IMG/VR virus record: IMGVR_UViG_3300047476_001812
Location: 15,925 to 79,924 of that record
DNA length: 64,000 bases
DNA from: a virus
Direction: 5' to 3' (one strand)
Under the pieces are notes generated by a model. It saw only the letters and a program-made list of their open reading frames with translations. It searched no databases and was not told the DNA's origin. A program made the position numbers and the translations under genes. Shown here one piece after another: positions 39,944 to 48,420 of the stretch. Within the stretch, counting starts at the first letter, position 1, and each line of letters begins with the position of its first letter.

Positions 39944-40366
39944 CTATAACTGCAAGGCTGCAATCAGCTCAGACTTTCGCATACTACCGTATTTGGGTAT
40001 AGCCCTTTCCTTGGCTATAATTTTGAGTTCTTTGACAGTTAAAGAGTTGTAATCTAAGTCCTTGCACTTAGATTGCTCAAATTGAGCATCTAAGGTCTCC
40101 CAAAGCTTGTCACCAGGGTTTGGAAGCTTAGGAGTCATTTGTTCTTTAGCCAATTCAATTACATTTATTTCAGGTTCAGACTCTTGGGAGTCTAAAGTAA
40201 CTTGAACCCAAGAAATGTCGGCAACTTTTAAAGTCTGTTGCTGAGTTCCAATTAATTGGTGTCCAGCGTTATTCCAGATTGTTTCCATATCCAAAATAAA
40301 GTCTGCGGTCATGCAAGCAAACAATGCAACTATTAAAACCAAGCAGAAAAAGACTGAGTAATCCAT
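39944..40366 (-). CDS. membrane-anchored protein with C-terminal Rho-N (HeH) domain
   Basis: N-terminal hydrophobic helix; LTVKELKIIAKERAIPKYGSMRKSELIAAL. Confidence 0.75.
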   Translation of the reverse strand: MDYSVFFCLVLIVALFACMTADFILDMETIWNNAGHQLIGTQQQTLKVADISWVQVTLDSQESEPEINVIELAKEQMTPKLPNPGDKLWETLDAQFEQSKCKDLDYNSLTVKELKIIAKERAIPKYGSMRKSELIAALQL

Positions 40367-40405
40367 ATCTTTTATAAACCGTTATTTTGCTAACTACAAT
40401 TACTA

Positions 40406-41567
40406 TAGGAATCCTAGTTGATTTTTGAAAAAGATTCAGAGAAAATACGTATGAGAATATAAGTGTAAAAGTAGACAATGATAAACCAGCATCTATCAAA
40501 TGTATCATACCCACCAAAAGTGGCAACTGCAATTGCCGAACTACAAGACTTCATAGCAGGTTGTCGTGATGCTCGTGAAGCCAGAAAAGCCTTGGCGGTG
40601 AAATTGGTTTACCAAGATTACTTATACGAAGAGATCCAGACAATTTTAGATGTGTCTTTAGGTTCGATAACTGGTTGGAAGCAAGCTTACGAGCAAAACG
40701 GACTTAATGGCTTAAAGTTAAACCATAAAGGGCGAAAAAGCTATTTGAGTAGCGAACAACGAGAACAAGTGTTAAGTTGGTTGCAAACCAAGAACTGCTG
40801 GGAACTGGGGGAATTGGAGTACAAATTAGCCTTTGAATATGATGTGGTTTATGAGTCAAAGCAAAGTTACTATGATTTATTCGATGCTGCTGACATAGCT
40901 TGGAAGAAGACCACAAAGTTAAATCCCAAAGCCAACCCAGAGGCTGTGGCAGAAAAAAAAAAGAGATTGAAACACTACTGGCAAGCAAGCGTTCCGAAAT
41001 AGAAACCGGAAAATTGAGGGTATTATTAATTGATGAGTGTCATTTAATGTGGGGAGACTTAAGTGGCTATGTCTGGGGGAGAACTGATACAGAAATCACA
41101 GTTCCAGTGGTGAATGAGCGCAATAAACAAACATATTATGGGGCAGTTGATTATCTTGAAGGAAAATTGCTGCTTAGAGCTTACGATAAGGGGAACTCAG
41201 AAAATACAATTGATTATCTGCGATATTTACTAAATGAGTCTGGCGAGCAACAATTGTTACTTTTTTGGGATGGTGCGACCTATCATCGTTCCAAAGAAAT
41301 TCAAGAGTTTTTGGATGAAGTTAATCAAGGTTTGACAATTGACCAATGGAAAATACGCTGCGTCCGTTTTGCACCCAATTGTCCAGAACAAAATCCTATT
41401 GAGGATATTTGGTTACAAGCCAAAACATGGGTGCGGCGTTTTTGTGCCTTAATTCCAACATTCTCACATTTGAAATGGATGTTTGAATGGTTTATTCGAC
41501 ACACTACCTTTGATTTTGCCACTCTTCAGATGTACGGATTTTTTTCAAAAATCAAATAGGAGTCCTA
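40406..41567 (+). mobile_element. IS630-family insertion sequence
   Basis: Terminal inverted repeats TAGGA.TCCTA.TTGATTTTTGAAAAA; TA duplication at 40404-40405 and 41568-41569 (CTAG target). Confidence 0.93.
40478..41559 (+). CDS. IS630 transposase, two ORFs joined by a -1 frameshift at the A10 run (40953-40962)
   Basis: HTH ORF 40478..41002; DDE ORF with LIDECH, WDGATYH, PEQNPIEDIW. Confidence 0.9.
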
Positions 41568-41614
41568 TAGACAGGGCGTAGCCCACATAAAAAAAGGGGC
41601 AATTGCCCCTGTAC

Positions 41615-42178
41615 TTATGACTTAGAAAGTCTCATAGCCTCCTCGTTAGGAGAATACTTGAAACCGCAAGATTCAAGTAACTCACGTAGGTTCAGATTAA
41701 TGCGAGTGTCGTAATAGAAGGCGATATTGCCTTCTATAGAGTTGATTGCCATTTCAATGAAGGTCTTTAGCTTGAGGTCTAAGTTATCTTGAGCTAACCA
41801 CCATTTATGGTCATTGAGGTCGTCCCCACTAGCAGGGACTTCCTGTCCATTCACTTTAATAGAGAGCAGTTGCTCTCCTGTTAGTGGGCAAACCTCAAGA
41901 TGGACTTTGATGGATTCACCCAGATTAACCTTGCCTTGGTTGGCAAGGGTTCTTTCGCAAATTGCATCCAAGACCTTTGGAGGAATTTCCTCCACAAAGA
42001 ATTCACATCTATTTAGCCGATTGATACTCCAGCGCTGCTGGAATTTGCAGCGGTGGTGTTGTAAATAGGCACACAATTTGTCCCCTAAATAGCTGGGGAC
42101 GCATACCATGTAAGCAGGTATGCGAGATGAACATTTCCACTCAGGGATATACAAAACCTCAAATCTTGGGTCAGACAT
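41615..42178 (-). CDS. hypothetical protein (class A cassette)
   Basis: 187-aa ORF flanked by a class A motif and a GGGGCAATTGCCCC-T-run terminator. Confidence 0.7.
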   Translation of the reverse strand: MSDPRFEVLYIPEWKCSSRIPAYMVCVPSYLGDKLCAYLQHHRCKFQQRWSINRLNRCEFFVEEIPPKVLDAICERTLANQGKVNLGESIKVHLEVCPLTGEQLLSIKVNGQEVPASGDDLNDHKWWLAQDNLDLKLKTFIEMAINSIEGNIAFYYDTRINLNLRELLESCGFKYSPNEEAMRLSKS

Positions 42179-42262
42179 AACAAAACCTGGTTAACTACGC
42201 CAATTGGTTGGGAGCGTAGCGAACATAAAAAAAAGGGAATGGATAAACCACTCCCTAATAAG

Positions 42263-42541
42263 TTAGAACCCAACCAATGGGTCATACGACCCAATCATAA
42301 GTTCATTCCATAAGTCGTACTCAGCCTGAGTTAGTTTGAACGTCCTGCGAAGTTCAAGATATTGAAGAATATCTTGAAGAGTTACCCATCTACTCTCAAG
42401 AATCTCTGAACATTGTTGAATGGAAAAAGGAACGTGATATTCAGGATGTTCTTGGTCTGGAAGAATATCCAGGTCAACGAGTGACTGCATAACGGCGGCT
42501 AAGTCACTTTCTGATAGTGTAGAAAGAAATTCCGTAAACAT
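42263..42541 (-). CDS. small acidic protein (class A cassette)
   Basis: ATG 42541 follows AAGGTG; class A motif at 42557. Confidence 0.6.
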   Translation of the reverse strand: MFTEFLSTLSESDLAAVMQSLVDLDILPDQEHPEYHVPFSIQQCSEILESRWVTLQDILQYLELRRTFKLTQAEYDLWNELMIGSYDPLVGF

Positions 42542-42671
42542 ATTAAGCACCTTGTCAACTACACCAATTGGTTGGGAGCGTAGCGACCCATAAAAACATT
42601 TATTGGTTAAAAATTGAGGGCATCACCCCCTTTTTTCTTTTGGTTAAAATAATATATATAGATTAGGTTTG

Positions 42672-42754
42672 CCCCCTCAAATATATATAAATAATATAGT
42701 GACGTTATTGAAACTTCCCCCTCAAATATATATAAATAATATAGTGACGTTATT
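42672..42754. repeat. two perfect 38-bp AT-rich direct repeats (period 45) at the strand-switch point
   Basis: CCCCCTCAAATATATATAAATAATATAGTGACGTTATT at 42672-42709 and 42717-42754. Confidence 0.9.
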
Positions 42755-42872
42755 CAAATTTATAAGGTCAAAAAAATATATATAAAACTGTACACATACG
42801 CAAAAGAAAATATCCACCCTAACTCGCATAGGATGGATAAAGTGAAGTAGTTAAAGTGTATTCTTATAGTTC

Positions 42873-43016
42873 CTAAAAACCATAATGTAAATAACGGTTT
42901 TCAACTGAGTTGAGATATTCGTTTTCATAGTATTCGTCTTCTTCTATTTCCAGTTGTAGGGACGTAATAACATCAGCAAATAGATTGAGAGTTTTGTCAA
43001 GAAGTAGCGTAGTCAT
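42873..43016 (-). CDS. 47-aa acidic protein
   Basis: Manual translation MTTLLLDKTLNLFADVITSLQLEIEEDEYYENEYLNSVENRYLHYGF; hairpin motif 43036-43057 directly upstream. Confidence 0.55.
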   Translation of the reverse strand: MTTLLLDKTLNLFADVITSLQLEIEEDEYYENEYLNSVENRYLHYGF

Positions 43017-43105
43017 AAATCACAAATTACAAACATCACCACTTCTAAGGCGTTAGCCTTTGTAATAGGAAAACTACTGCAAGCAAAACAAATACAGGAT
43101 TTAAA

Positions 43106-43669
43106 ATGGAATCAATAATCGAAAAACAAGAAGAGATAATTACTCAATTGCAATTAGCAATAGAGCATTATTTAGAAAAAGGTGACTTAGAGACAGCACT
43201 TGTTTATTCTGAGTTATTTAAACTTAATTGCGAAGCTTATAAGTCTTTAGTTTGTAATAAAGAGGCTAAAGAAGAAAAGCCTGTATTTAGATTTGGGAAA
43301 GGAAATCCTCAAGCTATTTCTCAAAAACAGACACCAGTAATAACAAGTGAAAAAGCTAGACAGAATTATGAAGCTAAAATGCTCAACGAATATTTACAAC
43401 AACTACCTCAAGTTGCTGTTGTAAACAAGGTTCAATCTTATCAAGAACCAAAGACTATAGTTTCACAATACAGCTACGGTGATGGACAGGACAACCCCAA
43501 GATTAGAGCTAATGATATTAATGGTAATTGGGGTAAAAATGGAGAACCTAATCAAATTATTACACCACCACAACAGTTAATTAACAATCCCAGGATTGCC
43601 AACACAGAAATGAGTGAAGAAGACAATTTATGGGGAGAAGACCCACGTAGAAGTTTAAATAAGAGATAA
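43106..43669 (+). CDS. hypothetical protein
   Basis: 187-aa ORF opening the head-gene block. Confidence 0.7.
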   Translation: MESIIEKQEEIITQLQLAIEHYLEKGDLETALVYSELFKLNCEAYKSLVCNKEAKEEKPVFRFGKGNPQAISQKQTPVITSEKARQNYEAKMLNEYLQQLPQVAVVNKVQSYQEPKTIVSQYSYGDGQDNPKIRANDINGNWGKNGEPNQIITPPQQLINNPRIANTEMSEEDNLWGEDPRRSLNKR

Positions 43670-43677
43670 AGGAAGAA

Positions 43678-43923
43678 ATGCAAATAAAAGATATTGAGTT
43701 AAATATGGAAACCATAGGCATTATTTGTTCAGTAATTGGTTTTATCTATCAGATTGCTAGAATGGAAGCAAAAATAGAAGATTCAATTGAAGCTGTAAAT
43801 AAAAAGTTAGAACTTCACATTGAAGAGGTAGCTGGAGACAGAAAAATGATTGAGTACAAAATGACTACAATTACAGAACAAGTAAAAGAAATTGTAAGTT
43901 GTCTTCACAGTGGAGATAAATAA
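43678..43923 (+). CDS. small membrane + coiled-coil protein (holin-like?)
   Basis: Single hydrophobic helix IGIICSVIGFIYQI followed by a coiled coil. Confidence 0.45.
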   Translation: MQIKDIELNMETIGIICSVIGFIYQIARMEAKIEDSIEAVNKKLELHIEEVAGDRKMIEYKMTTITEQVKEIVSCLHSGDK

Positions 43924-43949
43924 AACGTAAAACTATTACAATTTAAATT

Positions 43950-46130
43950 ATGGCAACAATTAATCAAATATTAGAAGCTGTATACGCCAGAGAATACAAA
44001 CAGAATGTAGGTGGTTCTACTCTTGTTATTCACAACCACCTAGCTCAAATGATAATGTTTGGGGTTAGACAAGGAATAGAAATATACCCAGACCAAGATG
44101 ATGATTTTGATAGTAGAAAAAAGTTTTTAGATAACATCTGGAAGCAAAATAAGGTTGGCATTTACCTAGATGAAATTTGGAAAAGACATCTAGGTAAAGG
44201 TCAAGTTCTTTTCTATCTTAGACCAACCAAAGAAGGTAGTTATAAATTCTATTTCTTTGATAAAGATGAGTTTAGAGACTACTACAATCTTGATGGTGAA
44301 TTGAATGAAGTTGTAATCCGTTATTCTTATAAAGAGCGTGGAAATTATCAGAATCAAACTAAGTGGATTAAGTTAACAATTAATTCTGAAACAATCACAC
44401 AGACTTATTCTGAATCTCCTCCTAACTTTGAACAAGACCAGCAGGCAATTTTTTCAACTAATGTTAAAACCACAAAAAACACTTTAGGCTTCATCCCTTG
44501 TGTTGTTGCTAAAAATAATCCGTCTAAACCAGGAGAACCCGGAGTAGGTGAGTTTGTTCAACTAGCATCTCAAATAGAAAAACATGATAGGCAACATCTA
44601 GCTATTGATGAAAACCTAGACTTTTTTGGTAATCCGAGTTTAGTTACTACACGGTCTATTAAGGAAGTTGTTACAGAGGCCTATGAAGACAGACGTAAAT
44701 CCAGAACAATGTCCAGTGCCTCTGGTTTTTATGGCTCTACTCCTAGTACAGTAAATCAAGACCCCACAAGCTATGGAAAGAGTGTAAACGGCAAAGTTAA
44801 AAAAGTCATTGGTAATGTTCAGGGAGATGAAAGATTTGGATATATAGCACCCGACCCTATATCTCCTGACCATGTGCGCCATGTACAAGATAATAGAGAA
44901 GCAATTCATTACGCTCTAGGAGGAATAGATGAAAGAGGAATTAGTTCTAACGCCACAGCTTACGCAAATAAATCGGTTTACGGTAGAGTTAATGCAACAG
45001 CATCCAAAAAATGCGAAGCTATATACACCTACGGCATCTGCAAATTGTTCGAGATGGCAATTGCAGCAGAAGAGGACTTATTTAGACTCTCACTTGCAGC
45101 AGCTTTAAATAAGTTTGATAAAGAAACTGGACAACCAGATATTTCACAAATAACTAATGAATTTATTGCAGGATTGCTTGATAAGAATAAAATCCCACCT
45201 AATGTATTTGGCTTATCTCCAGTAGGAAGAGTAAAAGGACAGTTACAACCTATTGGGAGTAGAGAAATTAAATGGCGACATAAAGGGGAAGTATTTGAAC
45301 CCGACGCAAATGACATTCAACGAGCTACTATTGCAGCTAGAAACTATCAGGAGTTAGGAGTAAGGAGTCTTGAAGCTTTAAGAACTGTGTTCCCTAATAA
45401 AACTGAAAAAGAATTAGAAGCAATGTTGCAAGGTGGATACCCATTTAGATATATGAGTGCAGTTGCATCTTCTACAGGGCAAATGCTTCAGCTTTACGGA
45501 CAAATGGGACAACTACCTAACAGTCAAAATAATGCTCCTTTAGCATCTGAAATACCTCTCATCCCATTAATCAATAGGTCAATTCAAACCCTTTACCAGG
45601 AATTAGATTACAACCCTGAATTAACTCCAGTACAACCTGGAGACATCCCTAACTATTCAACAGGATATTCAAATTATGACCAATACAGCAATCAACTTCC
45701 CATCTCAGGGGTCAGCAGCAATGCAACCGGAGTACCAACCTCAACAAAGTCCAGGTCAAGTAGTTCAATTTCCCCAACAGTCCCAACCTACCCAACCCCC
45801 TTACAGTCATCAGGAGTCCTACCCCTCAACGGAATCAATCAACAGAGCCAACAACCCGGACTCATGGAAGGACAACTTAATCAACAACTTGCTATCCCGC
45901 CTGAGTACACCGTTGGGATTCCCTCAGCAGGGGCAACAGTCACGGATGCTACCAGGAACTCACAACCCCAACAATCCTTACTCGGTAGTCAACCAGGTTA
46001 CGGAAGCACGCCAGCAGGCATACCCCCAGACCTCGCAGTATCAGCAAGCGAACCCGGTAGTATCTGGCAACAGTTATTCCCAACATTCTCAAAAGCTTTC
46101 ACCAAACGTAAACCCAGGCCAAAGAACTGA
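43950..46130 (+). CDS. portal protein with low-complexity C-terminal extension
   Basis: Position before scaffold and capsid; NTLGFIPCV...N...PGVGEF motif typical of portals. Confidence 0.75.
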   Translation: MATINQILEAVYAREYKQNVGGSTLVIHNHLAQMIMFGVRQGIEIYPDQDDDFDSRKKFLDNIWKQNKVGIYLDEIWKRHLGKGQVLFYLRPTKEGSYKFYFFDKDEFRDYYNLDGELNEVVIRYSYKERGNYQNQTKWIKLTINSETITQTYSESPPNFEQDQQAIFSTNVKTTKNTLGFIPCVVAKNNPSKPGEPGVGEFVQLASQIEKHDRQHLAIDENLDFFGNPSLVTTRSIKEVVTEAYEDRRKSRTMSSASGFYGSTPSTVNQDPTSYGKSVNGKVKKVIGNVQGDERFGYIAPDPISPDHVRHVQDNREAIHYALGGIDERGISSNATAYANKSVYGRVNATASKKCEAIYTYGICKLFEMAIAAEEDLFRLSLAAALNKFDKETGQPDISQITNEFIAGLLDKNKIPPNVFGLSPVGRVKGQLQPIGSREIKWRHKGEVFEPDANDIQRATIAARNYQELGVRSLEALRTVFPNKTEKELEAMLQGGYPFRYMSAVASSTGQMLQLYGQMGQLPNSQNNAPLASEIPLIPLINRSIQTLYQELDYNPELTPVQPGDIPNYSTGYSNYDQYSNQLPISGVSSNATGVPTSTKSRSSSSISPTVPTYPTPLQSSGVLPLNGINQQSQQPGLMEGQLNQQLAIPPEYTVGIPSAGATVTDATRNSQPQQSLLGSQPGYGSTPAGIPPDLAVSASEPGSIWQQLFPTFSKAFTKRKPRPKN

Positions 46131-46596
46131 TAACTTTCCCGGTAGAAGAAATTACTCTAACAGTTCAACTGAAGAACTAATTCAGCAATTTGGACCACGT
46201 GCTGCGGAAATTCTAAACGAGTACGCTTGTCAGCTTGAAGATAAGATGGAAGCACTGACTCAAGCCTATCAAGAGTCAATGGCTTATAACGTCCGCTCTT
46301 TCGAGACTATTCAGGCGTTAGCCCCACACATTCAACGCTATCAAGCGATGGAAAACCTGATGACTAACCCTGATAGTTTAGCTGCTTACACAGTAGATTT
46401 CTTTACTTACGTTCAACCATTACCAGAACGTCCCAACGCAGCACCACTAGTTAGACCTGACTTCCCAGCGGTTCTTAGCAGTCCTCAACCTGGAGTTCCT
46501 GACTTATCTCAAATCCACCCTTCAGAGCGATGGAAAGTAGCTGATGTTATGGAACGTCAAGGTATGTGGGAAGGTAAGGTCTTGATTCAGATATAG
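45676..46596 (+). CDS. capsid scaffolding protein (probable)
   Basis: Q/P-rich N-terminus, coiled-coil core, position between portal and capsid. Confidence 0.6.
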   Translation: MTNTAINFPSQGSAAMQPEYQPQQSPGQVVQFPQQSQPTQPPYSHQESYPSTESINRANNPDSWKDNLINNLLSRLSTPLGFPQQGQQSRMLPGTHNPNNPYSVVNQVTEARQQAYPQTSQYQQANPVVSGNSYSQHSQKLSPNVNPGQRTDNFPGRRNYSNSSTEELIQQFGPRAAEILNEYACQLEDKMEALTQAYQESMAYNVRSFETIQALAPHIQRYQAMENLMTNPDSLAAYTVDFFTYVQPLPERPNAAPLVRPDFPAVLSSPQPGVPDLSQIHPSERWKVADVMERQGMWEGKVLIQI

Positions 46597-46647
46597 ATTT
46601 TTTGGGAGTTCAAATACTCCCTAATTAAATTATTCAGAGAAAAAAAT

Positions 46648-47079
46648 ATGGCAACTGCAATAGAATTAGCCGCAATGGGTTTAATACCCGCAGGAGTTTA
46701 TGGGGCTAACGCCTTAGCTAGTAATGGGGATGAAAGATGGGATAGAACCGCAGTTAACACAGTTGGTAACTTAGCTGGTGGTTTATCTGGATATAGGGCT
46801 TTTGGAGGTGGTATTCCTGGAGTTCTTGCCGGAACTATTGGTGCATTAGGTGGTGGCTACATTTCTGACCGACTAGCAGATTTAATTGACCCTACTAACG
46901 GTAAAGTTTCCGCTACAGCTTTACTAAATTCCCACCTCGAGAATGACCCCATGGCTCAAGAAGCTATGTACCAAGAAAAAATTCGGCAAGTAAGATTGAT
47001 GCAACAAGAACAAGAACGTCAAAAGATTTTAAATTACAAAGCTCAAATGGCTCAAATGGCTCAACAAGAAGGAGCGTAA
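46648..47079 (+). CDS. glycine-zipper virion protein (probable)
   Basis: GGGIPGVLAGTIGALGGG; Q-rich tail. Confidence 0.5.
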   Translation: MATAIELAAMGLIPAGVYGANALASNGDERWDRTAVNTVGNLAGGLSGYRAFGGGIPGVLAGTIGALGGGYISDRLADLIDPTNGKVSATALLNSHLENDPMAQEAMYQEKIRQVRLMQQEQERQKILNYKAQMAQMAQQEGA

Positions 47080-47082
47080 GCA

Positions 47083-47994
47083 ATGCAAGCTAATGATGCA
47101 ATGAGAATACTTGGTAGTGCAGCCGCCATGGGATTACTTGGAAGTGGTAGTGCATTAGCCTATAATGCTATCTCTAAACCAACACTAGATGAATATGGCA
47201 ATACAATTGAGTCTAATGATATCAACCCTTTTGTTGCTGCTTTGGGTGGTGCAGCAATAGGGGCGGCAAGTAATTATGGGTTTAACAAATGGGTAAAGAA
47301 TAGAGTTCACAATAATTTGGATGCTTACGGAATAAAAGCAGACGTATCACCACAATCCCGGCAGTCGCCGGATATTGATATTGATGTTGATGTTGATGAA
47401 ACCGTAAAACCTCCGTACCCTGATTTTCGCAACATGAACGATGACCAGTTTAAAGAGTTCTATACCACCAGGCATGATTACAGTGGGTCAACAAACGACA
47501 GAAAAGCAATTCATACTAGAATGGCAGACATTGTAGACAAGGAAGTAGAAAAATATGAACAAACAGCACAAGCAGGGCAAAAGTTAGAGCAGCAACCTCA
47601 ATTGGTTGTTCAAGTAGTCCCAGCAAGTCCAATGGAACTACAAAACCCAATGTCTCCACCTGGAATGAAAACTGTGGTAACAAAACAACCACCTAAAGAA
47701 CCAGGACAGGAAGTGATGGAAGAAGCTTTGAGGTTACGGGAGTTAGCTGAACAGCAAAGACATCAAAGACAACAAGCCGCAACGCGCGATATGCGAGCTA
47801 TGGGTTGGAATAATACTACGGCTAGTTATAATACTCAATATCCAGAAGACAATGTTTACAATATTGCTGGCTGGGACTTGGTATCCCAGCCAGGTAAAAC
47901 TCGCAAAGCATTAAATCAAGCATCTGATGAAGAAAAATATCAAGATTGGTTGCTTTCAAGGGCTACACAAGAGGCTCAAAAAAAAAGAGGCTAG
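47083..47994 (+). CDS. probable virion protein, possibly extended by -1 frameshift to 48317
   Basis: Two N-terminal Gly/Ala helices; A9 run at 47978-47986 just before the stop. Confidence 0.55.
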   Translation: MQANDAMRILGSAAAMGLLGSGSALAYNAISKPTLDEYGNTIESNDINPFVAALGGAAIGAASNYGFNKWVKNRVHNNLDAYGIKADVSPQSRQSPDIDIDVDVDETVKPPYPDFRNMNDDQFKEFYTTRHDYSGSTNDRKAIHTRMADIVDKEVEKYEQTAQAGQKLEQQPQLVVQVVPASPMELQNPMSPPGMKTVVTKQPPKEPGQEVMEEALRLRELAEQQRHQRQQAATRDMRAMGWNNTTASYNTQYPEDNVYNIAGWDLVSQPGKTRKALNQASDEEKYQDWLLSRATQEAQKKRG

Positions 47995-48332
47995 AGCAAA
48001 TAGCTAACTTTGTTCCTTTAACTCCACAACAGCAATCTGCAATGGGGTGGGGTTCAGTGCAAGGTAGCTACAGTAGAAGTAAATCTAACAAAGCTAACTG
48101 GGAATCCTACATTCTAGACAAAGAGATTATTAACTCAAGAAATTACGATTCCCGATTTGGTGATGATGTCCAAGAATACGGCATTACTCCTACTGTAGAT
48201 TATGATAGTCTTTTACAAATCATAGAAGAAACAGGAGGATTGGGTAATTTAAGTCGAGCTAGGAGTGACGCTAGAGACAAAATGGATATTATTCACAATC
48301 GTGTCCACAGAAGATAAATAAACAAAAATAAA

Positions 48333-48361
48333 TCCCTTAATCGCAAGGAACGATTAAGGGA
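48333..48361. terminator. stem-loop upstream of the capsid gene
   Basis: TCCCTTAATCG-CAAGGAA-CGATTAAGGGA. Confidence 0.55.
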
Positions 48362-48420
48362 CTAAGCCTGTAAACAACTATATCTAAATCTTATATTTCC
48401 TATGAGGTTATTAAAAACAA

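Larger units (their letters stand above)
19421..42596 (-). promoter_or_regulatory. class A dispersed motif, 14 copies: + strand AACTAC-N14-17-GCGTAGC-..CATAAAAA
   Basis: GCGTAGC cores at 19443, 19525, 32504, 33765, 34325, 35471, 35748, 36267, 38679, 38953, 39836, 41576 (split by the IS), 42214, 42578. Confidence 0.85.

Noticed and set aside
32482-42596. Class A repeats as a CRISPR array or integron attC sites
   Set aside because: Spacing is gene-sized and irregular, the conserved core is short, and there is no cas gene, integron integrase or attC RYYYAAC/GTTRRRY architecture in the window
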